Shown: positions 29,173 through 38,234 of the stretch, in pieces | Position numbering within the stretch: position 1 is the stretch's first letter | Layout: each line of letters starts with the position of its first letter | Assembly: GCA_963746905.1 (NCBI GenBank) | Contig: CAVVCY010000001.1 | Coordinates: forward strand, 78,125 to 142,124 | Length of the DNA stretch: 64,000 nt | Direction: 5' to 3' | Source: an uncultured Acidobacteriota bacterium | GTDB lineage: Bacteria; Actinomycetota; Acidimicrobiia; Spongiisociales; ZC4RG35 | Position numbers and translations under genes: made by a program | Notes under the pieces: generated by a model | Databases searched by the model: none | What the model was told of the DNA's origin: nothing | Seen by the model: only the letters and a program-made list of their open reading frames with translations

Positions 29173-29475
29173 TCAGCTGCGGTGGATCGAACCGTCGAAC
29201 GGGGTAGATCTCAGGGCCAGTTCGGCTCGATGCTCGGTGATGGCCTGGAGCCGGTGGGCGCGTTGCTCCGCAGTCATTTGAAGACGCCTTGCATGGATCG
29301 ACGGCTCGAGTCTGGTGATGTTCGAGTCGACGACTCGTGCTGGATCCGCGCGATCGGCGCTTAGCCCGAGCCCGATGCCGAGGGCCAGGACCAGAGCGGC
29401 AACTCCGGCTCCGATGGCCCGCGACCGGCCTCTGGATTGGGGTGCCCTCGGCCAACCAACGACACTCGTGGACAT
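29173..29475 (-). CDS. Small membrane-anchored hypothetical protein
   Basis: 100 aa. Strong GAGGAGGAAG RBS. Basic N-terminus followed by TM helix IGAGVAALVLALGIGLGL. Confidence 0.5.
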   Translation of the reverse strand: MSTSVVGWPRAPQSRGRSRAIGAGVAALVLALGIGLGLSADRADPARVVDSNITRLEPSIHARRLQMTAEQRAHRLQAITEHRAELALRSTPFDGSIHRS

Positions 29476-29565
29476 GACTTCCTCCTCACGATCACGTCGT
29501 GGCCTCCATGCTCACGACATCAACGAAGAGGTCATCGCTCATGCGCTGATACGTAGTTTCAGATC

Positions 29566-30834
29566 GTGAGACGCACCACGGGCCAGATCGCAGGCGCCGC
29601 AGTCACTGGTGGGGTGTTGGGTGCGGTAGGTGGTGCCGCTCTCGGGTCGTCGAGTGGCAAAGCGGCCTTGGGAGCTGTCCTCGGGGGCATCGCCCTCGCG
29701 GTCGTCTCAGGGTGGGCGGACGCCACCAGGCAGCCGGGGGAGCCCCAAGCTCTTGCAGCTCGAATCTTCGGATCTGTCTTCATCGCCGCGACGATCGGAT
29801 GGGCTCTTGCGTGGCTACTGCCCGACTGGCCGGTTTGGGTGGTGACCGTCTTGGCCGGAGTAGGCACAGGCCTCACCGGGCTCAGGCCGTTGAAGGCATT
29901 GCTTGGGCTGGCGGTGGGGGTGGTCATCGGTTTCGCCCTCTACCTGGTGAGCCCTGACATTGGCTGGCCGGTGGCCAGCGCCTTGACCGTGGTCACTTAT
30001 CGCCTCCTCGCTGCCCTTCTCTGGCGGGGCAAGGAACAGCTCAGGGTCATGGGGGAGCGAGCCCCAGAAGCCGACCTTCCGTTCGTGGTTCCCTTCTCCG
30101 AGGCGACCAAGCATGTGGGTGTGAACTATCTCGAGCGCTATGCCCGCACCTCCGGTGCCAATTTCACCCACAGCCCTGCCGATGTGGGCATCGTGAGCGA
30201 TTTCGACGAGCTGGAGGGGCCGACCTTCGACCCGAGCCTGGTTCACCCATTGATCCACGAGTTCTACGAGCACACCAGTCGCTTCAAACTGTCGATCGTG
30301 CCCGAGTGGAAACGCTGGATGCGCCTGCCCTATCGGATCTATCGGGAGACCGTCGCCAAGCCTCTGGGACAGGCAAACGCCCCGTTCGAGATCGAGGAGG
30401 TGCAGCGCGGAGTCATCTCTTGGATCGACACCATCGATGTCGACAATGACGGGACCGCTGACTTTCGGGCATGGATTCGGGCGTACGAGGACGGCGAGCC
30501 GATCTATGTCGGCATCTACACGGTGATCCACGTTGAGGACATGGCGTATGTGGCCGTCGGGTTCCCTCTGCCGTCCGGCAATTTCAGCGCGACCCTCCAG
30601 CCGTTCAACAACCGGGGCGACGGCCTCTTGCTCCGGTCGCACACCGACCGATCCTTGCCCGGGCACTACCTGTCATTCGTCGACGAGGGTGGCTTGCTCA
30701 CCACACTCCAACTCGTCGCGTTTGGGGAGGAGATCGATGTGTTTGTGGAAGGAGACGCCTTCAAGACTGAACATCGGTTCTCACTGGGCAAAGTCGGTTT
30801 CATGACCTTGCACTACGACATCACCCAGCGCTAG
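29566..30834 (+). CDS. Membrane protein: G/A-rich N-terminal TM region plus ~250-aa soluble C-terminal domain, unknown function
   Basis: 422 aa. Start codon uncertain (GTG 29566, no clear RBS). The C-terminal domain is rich in aromatic/acidic residues (possibly DUF4166-like, unverified). Confidence 0.5.
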   Translation: MRRTTGQIAGAAVTGGVLGAVGGAALGSSSGKAALGAVLGGIALAVVSGWADATRQPGEPQALAARIFGSVFIAATIGWALAWLLPDWPVWVVTVLAGVGTGLTGLRPLKALLGLAVGVVIGFALYLVSPDIGWPVASALTVVTYRLLAALLWRGKEQLRVMGERAPEADLPFVVPFSEATKHVGVNYLERYARTSGANFTHSPADVGIVSDFDELEGPTFDPSLVHPLIHEFYEHTSRFKLSIVPEWKRWMRLPYRIYRETVAKPLGQANAPFEIEEVQRGVISWIDTIDVDNDGTADFRAWIRAYEDGEPIYVGIYTVIHVEDMAYVAVGFPLPSGNFSATLQPFNNRGDGLLLRSHTDRSLPGHYLSFVDEGGLLTTLQLVAFGEEIDVFVEGDAFKTEHRFSLGKVGFMTLHYDITQR

Positions 30835-30838
30835 TCGC

Positions 30839-31789
30839 CTAGGCGGCTTCTTCCATGGGTGCATTGGGAAGCGGTCTTGTCTCACCCACCGCTGCTGGCC
30901 GCTGCGCGGTGGCCACGAGGGCGACGCTGACGAGGATCAATGGCAAGGCGATGAAGATCGGCCCGGTCACCACCTCTCCGCCGAGGGTCACCCCCAGGGC
31001 GACCGCCACCATCGGGTTCACATAGGGATAACTGAGAGCCAGAGCCGGTCGCACGGTCCGGATCAGATAGAAGTACGACGTGTAGGCGATGATCGAGCCG
31101 AAGACGATCAGGTAGGCGAGGGCAAGCCAAGCCGATGTCGGCGGCGCTTCGACGATCCGCTCACCTCGGACCAGGCCGATAGCCAGGAGAAGGAACCCGC
31201 CGGAGAACAGTTGGGCCGCAGGAGCCATCAGGCCATCAGGCAGATCGAGTCGGGGCCCCCAAATCGAGCCGAACGCCCAGAAAATGGGCGAGATGATGAC
31301 CAGCAGGGTGCCGACGGCGCTAGCGCGGAAGTCGCCCTCCTGGGCGAGGACGAGAACACCCAGGAGGCCGACGATCAGCCCGACCCACTCACGGCGGACC
31401 GGCCATTTTCCGAACAAGCCGCTCCAGAGCGCGGCCCACACCGGGGTCATTGCGATCGCCGTGGCGGTCAGGCCTGATCCCACTCCGAGGCTTTCGGCGA
31501 CGGTCACCAGGCTGAGCCCACCCACGAACAGCGGAATCCCCATGAGGACGAGATTCCGCCACTGGCGGGGGGTGGGGGAGCCGTGGCCACGGACCCGGAG
31601 GACGAAGAACATGATGCTGCCGGCGATGACGAATCGGATCCCGTTGAGGAGGAACGGGGGAAACCCTTCGAGGCCGAACCGCAGACCGAGATAGGTCGAT
31701 CCCCAGATGAAGTACACGGCGACCAGGGCGGCCGCGATCTTGCCCCGGGATGGCTTGGGTGAGGATGTGGTGAGCGCTGACTCGGCCAT
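30839..31789 (-). CDS. EamA/DMT family transporter
   Basis: 316 aa, 10 TM segments, duplicated EamA pattern (IWGSTYLGLRF...). Confidence 0.85.
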   Translation of the reverse strand: MAESALTTSSPKPSRGKIAAALVAVYFIWGSTYLGLRFGLEGFPPFLLNGIRFVIAGSIMFFVLRVRGHGSPTPRQWRNLVLMGIPLFVGGLSLVTVAESLGVGSGLTATAIAMTPVWAALWSGLFGKWPVRREWVGLIVGLLGVLVLAQEGDFRASAVGTLLVIISPIFWAFGSIWGPRLDLPDGLMAPAAQLFSGGFLLLAIGLVRGERIVEAPPTSAWLALAYLIVFGSIIAYTSYFYLIRTVRPALALSYPYVNPMVAVALGVTLGGEVVTGPIFIALPLILVSVALVATAQRPAAVGETRPLPNAPMEEAA

Positions 31790-31867
31790 GTCGTTCTATC
31801 GGTCTCGGATGTAGCTGGCTATACTGAGTTGGTACCTTACACTAAACCTGAAGGGGTAAGGGCTCAA

Positions 31868-32428
31868 ATGGATTTTTCGCATTACAGCGGGCAACCCGTC
31901 GATATGGCAGTCGATCTGGTGAACACACTCGACGCCGCCAGCGGCGAAGAGAAGATGGTTACTCCGACCGACGTCGCCCGGTTCATCGAGGGCTATGACA
32001 ACGCCGACTGGTGCCGGCCTGGCTGGGAGCCGACCGAGCGCGACCTCCACGAAGTTCGGGCCCTTCGATCACGGCTCCGAGATGCGTTCGAAACCGATGA
32101 CCAGGAAGTGGCGGCTGCCGTACTCAATGGAATCCTCTCAGACGTGCATGCGGTGCCGAGACTCAGCGTTCACGGAGTTGGCCCTCATCTCCATTTCGAG
32201 TCCGAGGACGGAAGCCCGGCCCGCTGGCTCGGGGCGATCACGGCGATGGGTCTCTCCGTGGCCATGATCGAAGGCGGCTTTGAGCGGTTTGGGACCTGCG
32301 CTTCCGTCACCTGTGATGACGTCTTCGTAGACACCTCGCGCAATCACTCGAGACTTCATTGTTCGGGTAAATGCACCACCCGGGAGAACGTGGCTGCCCA
32401 CCGCGCTCGACAGCGCGAACAGGACTGA
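31868..32428 (+). CDS. CGNR zinc-finger (ABATE) domain protein
   Basis: C-terminal CASVTCDDVFVDTSRNHSRLHCSGKCTTRENVAAHRARQ. Start at ATG 31868. Divergent from the EamA gene, a common pairing. Confidence 0.85.
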   Translation: MDFSHYSGQPVDMAVDLVNTLDAASGEEKMVTPTDVARFIEGYDNADWCRPGWEPTERDLHEVRALRSRLRDAFETDDQEVAAAVLNGILSDVHAVPRLSVHGVGPHLHFESEDGSPARWLGAITAMGLSVAMIEGGFERFGTCASVTCDDVFVDTSRNHSRLHCSGKCTTRENVAAHRARQREQD

Positions 32429-32488
32429 CCTCGAGCAGACGTCTCGTGTTCGACAAGGCTCTTAAGATCTGAGCCTCCCTGTTGGGAG

Positions 32489-33817
32489 TCAGGGCAGCGT
32501 CACCGAGTTGCCCGTAGCGGTGTCGACTACTTGTCCTCCCGCTTCGACGTGAAGTGAATCCTCGTTTGCGCCAGGTGTGATCTGGAAGGTCAGACCCGGC
32601 GCATTTGTGTACTGAGGGGTGAGAGACTTTCCCGAAACATAGAGCGAACTTGCCACCGCGGTGGCAAACGACGAGCCGCTCCAGACAAATGCCTGGCTTG
32701 GATTGCCGACGTTGACAATGTTGGAACCCGGCACGACATTTCCATTGGTCCAATCTCTTGGCGGCGCCGCCTTTGGATTGTTCGACGTGTCCCACACCGT
32801 CTCCACGCCAGCCAAATCGGCCGCTCCGACCCCCGTCACTTCGTCGAAGGCTGCTGGAAAGAACGTCTGTGTGACTTCGTCGTTGCCCCCGGCTGCGAAC
32901 ACCGGAGCATTTGGGAACTTGGTGAGCCACTGACTGATGGCGAGTTGCATCGTGAGCATGTTGGCCTCGCAGTCGTAGCCACCCAGCGAGATGTTGAGAG
33001 CATGTATCGGGATTCCGGTTTCCTCATGACGAGTAATCAGCCGGGCGATGGCTTCGAAGACGTGGAGCTCGCTGGTCGGTTGGATCGTCTGGTCGAGATC
33101 TCCGTGACCGGCTTCCACTCTCATCTTGCCAACGTCTGCCTCACGGGCTTTGACCATGGAAACCCTGTAACTAGGGGCGACTTGGCGGATGATGCCTGCG
33201 ACAAATGTCCCGTGACTTGGAGGATCTTCTCCGGTCTGCTGCTCCACGTCGATGGTGTCATGGACCACTCCGTCGCTTAGCCACTCTGGACCCTCTGCGA
33301 TGATTCCCGTGTCGACGACTCCGACGGTGTTGTCATCTCCAGGTTCGACATCACTCATTGGGTTGGTGGTTAGAGCAATCGCATCGGTGCCAGGGGCGAA
33401 CTTGATGTGGTTGGCGAGACCAATGGTTTGGATCGGCGCCGCAGTGAATCCGGCATCCACCAAGTCGGTGGCCCGCGCCAATGGGTCATCTTCTCCGACG
33501 TCGACGAAGCCGAGTATTTCATCGATGGCAGCGCCGGCATTCAACATTGATTGGAAGTCAGGCTGGTCGTCTGTGACATGCTCGATCGAAGTTGCGTCGA
33601 GAATCGAAGCGGCTCCGATGTTTGCGCCTGGAATTCCGAGCTGATTTGCAGCCTGGTCGGCCGTTTCGGCCGCTGTTGACCCCTCCTGAGGAGCGACGGC
33701 TACAAAGTTACTGAGGTAGAAGCATGGGAAATCTTCGAGTAACGAACTCGATGTGGTTGACGAGTCTGCACTACCTCCACAGCTGGCAATCGACAAAGAG
33801 ACCGAAAGAAAGATCAA
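32489..33817 (-). CDS. S8 (subtilisin) family serine peptidase, lipoprotein
   Basis: Catalytic triad contexts VGVVDTGI (Asp), SHGTFVAGII (His), SGSSFATAVAS (Ser). Lipobox SIASCGG. The n-region of the signal peptide appears to sit in another frame from ATG 33852. Confidence 0.85.
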   Translation of the reverse strand: MIFLSVSLSIASCGGSADSSTTSSSLLEDFPCFYLSNFVAVAPQEGSTAAETADQAANQLGIPGANIGAASILDATSIEHVTDDQPDFQSMLNAGAAIDEILGFVDVGEDDPLARATDLVDAGFTAAPIQTIGLANHIKFAPGTDAIALTTNPMSDVEPGDDNTVGVVDTGIIAEGPEWLSDGVVHDTIDVEQQTGEDPPSHGTFVAGIIRQVAPSYRVSMVKAREADVGKMRVEAGHGDLDQTIQPTSELHVFEAIARLITRHEETGIPIHALNISLGGYDCEANMLTMQLAISQWLTKFPNAPVFAAGGNDEVTQTFFPAAFDEVTGVGAADLAGVETVWDTSNNPKAAPPRDWTNGNVVPGSNIVNVGNPSQAFVWSGSSFATAVASSLYVSGKSLTPQYTNAPGLTFQITPGANEDSLHVEAGGQVVDTATGNSVTLP

Positions 33818-33910
33818 GACCAGTCGACGCGTGCTCGATGATTCACTCCCATGGCGATCCGGACCCCGACGACGAGAACACCGCTCCGCTTAAGTTCTGA
33901 AACATAATCT

Positions 33911-36524
33911 TTGGGAGAGAGGGGTGTGGGCTTGAGTTCCAGCGATTCTGAGAGGGGTCTCGTTGAGTTGGCCAGGACCGACCCGCGCTCGGCACTGACC
34001 GCAGGGGCAGAACTTCTCGGCAGCATAAGTCATGACGAGCACGCGGATCGATCGCTGGTCCTGCGGGCCCTTGGAATTGCGGCGCGAGGTGGGTCGACCC
34101 TGAGCGAAGCAATCAGCTTTGGCAGCGAAGCCGTTACGGAAGCGGAGCTGAGTGGCGAGAACGACCTGATTGCTGAGGCCTTGATGACCCTCGCTGGATC
34201 TATGGCCCTTTCGGGCGACAATGACCGCGCCCTGGCATTGTTGGAACGAGCGGGCAGGGTCGCATCAGGCCGCGTGGCTGCCCAGATCGCTTTCCAAAAG
34301 GGCTCGGTCTTACTTCGTCTGGGAGAAGCAGGCCCAGCGTTGGACTGCTACGACCTTTCTCTCAGGTTTTTCAAGCGGCATCCTGATCCTGTATTCGAAG
34401 CGATGATTCTCAACAATCGGGGGATGATTCATCTTCGGGGCGGCAAGACCTCAAGAGCGACCGATGATCTGACTAGAGCTCGGACCACATACGACAATCT
34501 TGGCTACTGGTTTGAGGTCGCCGCCGTCGATCACAACCTTGGCCTAGCCGCTGCCATGGTGGGCGACATTCCGCAAGCGCTGAATCTGCTCGACGACAGT
34601 GAGCAACGCCTGAGTGATCTCTTGGGATCGGCCGCCGAGATCCAGGTGAGCCGGATCGAAGTGTTGTTGTCGGCTGGTCTCTTTCGCGAAGCGTTCGGCC
34701 TCGCTGCCGAGATCGGCCCGACATCTGCACGCGGCAGGGCTGGGAGAGGATGAGGCTGAGGCCCGCTCGCTGGCGCCCAGGCGGCCTTGCTCGCCGGGGA
34801 TCTCGATTCCGCCCTGCGATGGGGCGACATCGCCGCCGAGATGTTCGAGCAACAGCGGCGTGAAGTCTGGGCAGCCATTGCTCGGCTCGTGGGGATTCGA
34901 GCCCAGCACGAGGCAGGGCTGATCAACGCTGAATTGATGTTCGAGGCGAGACGGATTGCCGAGGTTCTCGAGTCCGAGACAACAGATGATCCCGGCCTTC
35001 AACGCTCGGCTTGACGCGGGTCGAATGGGGTTGGAGATGGGTCTGGACCGATCGGGCCGTGAGGACTTGACGCGGGTGGCTGGACAACGAACCGGCACCG
35101 GTGGAGATCCGGCTTCAAGCGTGGCTGGCGGCCGCGTTGCTTCGACTGTCCACGGGAGATCGACACAGGCGCGGACGCTGCGGCTCGCGCCGGCATGCGC
35201 CTACTCGACGACTACCAAGCCGCCATGGGTGCGACCGACATCCGGAACGGGGTCGAGAGACACGGAGCTGCCTTGGGAGAACTCGGCCTCCGGCTCGCCT
35301 TGGAGTCGGCCACTCCGCGATCGTGCATTCGCGTGGATGGAGCGGACCAGGGCACGGGCCCTCCGTCATCGACCGGTGACACCGTCGGACGACCGTGCGC
35401 AGGCGGACGATCTCGCCGAGTTACGCCGGGTGTCCGCCGAGCTGAGATCGGCAGAGGGCGACGCGGCCCGGGACTTGAGGCGGCACGAGCGCGATCTCCA
35501 GGATTCGGTCCGCAATCGGGGACGGCTTGCTCGAGGTGAAGGCTCAAGGGCTTCGATGACCGTCAACGACTTGGTCAAAGCGCTTGGGGATCGGACTCTG
35601 GTCGAGTTCGCCTCATTGGATGACCGTCTGTGGGCACTCACCGTGAGAAACGGTCGATTCTCGATTAGGCGGAGCTGGCGTCGGAACCAGCCGTTCTCGG
35701 CGAGTTGGAGAGCCTTCGATTCACGATGCGCCGTCTCGCCCGGGGACGGGGGAGTGCGTCCACCGATCTGGCTCGGCAGGTGTCGGCTCACCTCGACGAG
35801 ATGCTCTTTGGCAAGCTCAATGTCGGATCGGGACCTTTGGTGATCGTTCCCACACCCGTTCTCCATTCAATGCCCTGGGCGGCATTGCCCACCAGCCAGG
35901 GGCGAGCCTTCACGGTCGCTCCCTCAGCCGAGCTTTGGTGGCGCGCCGCACGACGAAGACGGCGATCAGGATCCGTTGTGGTTGCCGCCGGGCCCGACCT
36001 GGCTCACGCAGGTCTCGAGGCTTCGGAGGTGGCCGACATCTATTCGGACGTGGAGCCGATCGACTCCGACGGTGCGACGGTCGAGCGGCTCAGAACGGTC
36101 TTGGAACGCGCCACGACAGGACACATCGCTTGTCATGCCAGGTTCGAGGTCGACAACCCCATGTTCTCGTCGTTGCGCCTGGCAGATGGCGATCTCAACG
36201 TGTACGACTTGGAAAGGATGAGTCGGGTGCCCGACGTGGTTGTGCTGTCGGCCTGTGACTCGGGCTTCAGCGAGGCCCATCCTGGCGAAGAGTTGATGGG
36301 TCTGAGCTCAGCGCTGCTCAGCCTTGGGGCGAAATCGTTGGTCGCCAGCGTGGGACTGGTGCCCGACTCGGAGGCGACCCGAGAGCTCATGGTTGGCCTC
36401 CATCGAGGGCTCATCTCCGGTCTTGGACCAGCGGAAGCTCTTAAACCGAGCCCGAGGGGCGATCAGGGACACCAAAGCGGGGTACGTCGCGGCGGCGTCG
36501 TTTGTCTGCATCGGAGCAGGCTGA
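33911..36524 (+). pseudogene. TPR-CHAT (caspase-like) protease gene broken by about 8 apparent frameshifts
   Basis: N-terminal TPR-like repeats (33911..34715). CHAT His/Cys dyad contexts GHIACHARF and VVVLSACDSG (ORF 35705..36571). Typical C-terminus AASFVCIGAG stops at 36524 in another frame. Fragments appear as ORFs 33911..34753, 34787..35014, 34956..35843, 35101..35379, 35195..35539, 35705..36571 and 36324..36524. Confidence 0.7.
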
Positions 36525-36579
36525 AGAAACATTCAAATCTGATGTATCACGGGCTCAGGTCGGCCCTCTGATCCTTACC

Positions 36580-37173
36580 ATGACCACGATGGCTGAAGCC
36601 ACTACACACGGCGAGCTCTTGGCTCGTGCGGCCCGTGGCGACCAGGCCGCCTGGAATGCTCTGGTCGAGACCTTCGGGCAGATGGTGTGGTCGATCGCGA
36701 GGAGCTTCCGACTCGACGATGCCTCGGCCAAGGACGTCACGCAGACGGTCTGGCTCAAGCTGGTCGAGAATTGCGATCGCATCCAGGATCCCGAGCGTCT
36801 CCCCGGATGGTTGGCCACGACCTGCCGCCGCGAGGCGCTTCGAGTCGCCCGATTGCGTGAGCGCACCATTCCCACCGAGTTCGAGTACGACCTGGAGGAC
36901 CCGTCGCCTTCTCTCGAGTCCCTCCTCGTCGAGGATGAAGAGGTGCGTGGAGTGGTGACGGCTTTCTCATCGCTGGGCGAGGATTGCCAGCAGCTCTTGC
37001 GCCTCCTGGCGACCGATCCACCACTCAGCTACGAGGAAATCTCTGAAATCACCGGTCGACCGGTGGGGAGCCTCGGTCCAACCCGTGCCCGGTGCATCGG
37101 AAGACTCAAGTCGGCAATGGGTATCAGCGTCGACGGTGGCGGCTCTATTGACCAAGGAGGAGATGCAAAGTGA
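36580..37173 (+). CDS. ECF sigma-70 family factor
   Basis: ORF 36502..37173; start at ATG 36580. Region 2 (AWNALVETFGQMVWSIARSFRLDDASAKDVTQTVWLKLVE) and region 4 (LSYEEISEITGRPVGSLGPTRARCIGRLK). Confidence 0.8.
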   Translation: MTTMAEATTHGELLARAARGDQAAWNALVETFGQMVWSIARSFRLDDASAKDVTQTVWLKLVENCDRIQDPERLPGWLATTCRREALRVARLRERTIPTEFEYDLEDPSPSLESLLVEDEEVRGVVTAFSSLGEDCQQLLRLLATDPPLSYEEISEITGRPVGSLGPTRARCIGRLKSAMGISVDGGGSIDQGGDAK

Positions 37174-37650
37174 GCGAAAACAGGGATTACACCGAAGCTC
37201 AGCTCATCGAGCTGCTCCGACAAGGTCTCGATTCGACCGACCCCGTGCCGACCGACGTGACCGACTTCGCCATGGCAGCACTCAGCTGGCGCACTATCGA
37301 TGCCGAGCTCGCTGCGATCGCTTTCGATTCTGCAAGTGAAGAGATGCCGGCCGGGGTTCGCGGGTCGGTGACCGATCGAATGCTCTCCTACGAAACGGAA
37401 AGGCTCAGCATCGACATCGAGTATCGCCCCGCCACTCGCGGCTCATCGGCCAGGTCGCACCACCCCAGCCCGCAACAGTCGAGCTTCATCACTCGAAGGG
37501 CACCTCGACCACCGTGACCGACGATCTAGGTCGCTTCAGCTTCGAAGACGTCGAGCCCGGCCCGGTGAGCATCGTGTGCACATCGCAGGGCGTAGACCCC
37601 GATGTCATCAAGACCGAGTGGACCGATTCTCTGACCTCAACCATGCGGTC
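37170..37650 (+). pseudogene. Sigma-coupled soluble partner protein (C-terminal Ig-like/CarboxypepD_reg-like segment), frameshifted; true 3' end unclear
   Basis: GTGA overlap with the sigma stop. Frame 0 reads to IEYRPATR. Coding-like sequence then continues in frame 2 (RLIGQVAPPQPATVELHHSKGTSTTVTDDLGRFSFEDVEPGPVSIVC...IKTEW). No TM segment and no ZAS motif. Confidence 0.5.
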
Positions 37651-37938
37651 TAGCTGGTATCTAGCCTGTCCTTCGGACTCTCTCCCTCCTAGGAGTCGTC
37701 ACAGTGACGACGAGGAGAAAGAGGCAGATGATGACCGACATGTCCCCGCACCAGAGCCCGAAATGTGGCATGGCGCCGGGCATGGACCAGGAGACCGATC
37801 GCAATGGTCGACCACCCGGTCGATAGGTGGCTGGGCTCCCGGTCGAAGGAACCGGGAATCAAGCAGAGCCACCGCCGTCGACGGCAATCCCCCTGGCTCA
37901 CCGCCCGCCCCGCCATCTAGCTCTCGAGGCTCGAAAGC

Positions 37939-37967
37939 AGAAGGCCCCCGTTCGACGGGGGCCTTCT
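37939..37967. terminator. GC-rich 12-bp stem-loop (agaaggcccccg ttcga cgggggccttct), terminator-like
   Basis: Perfect 12-bp stem with a 5-nt loop. T-tracts are weak on both strands. Confidence 0.45.
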
Positions 37968-38192
37968 CTGTTGTCCGGATCGGTGGCCATTGAGGCCTCG
38001 ACCCATCACCTTGGTGACGTCCCGCTGGGAATCATTGAGACCAACCCCAGCTCCGGGACCTACGACGAACACCAGGAGTTCGTCAGGACTGACGGTGATG
38101 ACCTGGGAGGCTGGGCCTTTGATGGAGGCCGTCCTGAGTTCGCTGGTGCGGTAGTGCACATCGTGCGAACTCGTCCCGAATCGGCTGGCACC

Positions 38193-38234
38193 AAACGAAA
38201 AACACCGGGATCACCTTTCGGCGATCCCGGTGTT
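38193..38234 (-). terminator. Intrinsic terminator downstream of the 38279..38923 gene
   Basis: 12-bp stem aacaccgggatc/gatcccggtgtt, followed on the minus strand by TTTTTCGTTT. Confidence 0.6.

Noticed and set aside
34956-35843. 295-aa ORF as an independent gene inside the CHAT locus, together with 34787..35014, 35101..35379 and 35195..35539.
   Set aside because: Only sub-segments of each look coding. Concatenated across frames they reconstruct one TPR-CHAT protein. I treat them as fragments of a single disrupted gene.
37514-37993. 159-aa ORF as an intact separate CDS.
   Set aside because: Only its first ~40 codons look coding, and they continue the upstream gene after a frame change. The remaining ~120 codons are P/R/S/G-rich and run through a terminator hairpin.
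37970-38200. Assignment of the structured spacer to a known ncRNA (6S RNA, tmRNA, SRP RNA, RNase P RNA).
   Set aside because: None of the conserved signature motifs I know for these RNAs is present. Those are the tmRNA GGGG...CCA ends and tag ORF, the SRP GGAA/AGCA domain IV motifs, and the RNase P GAGGAAAGUCC motif. It stays an unassigned structure in the findings.
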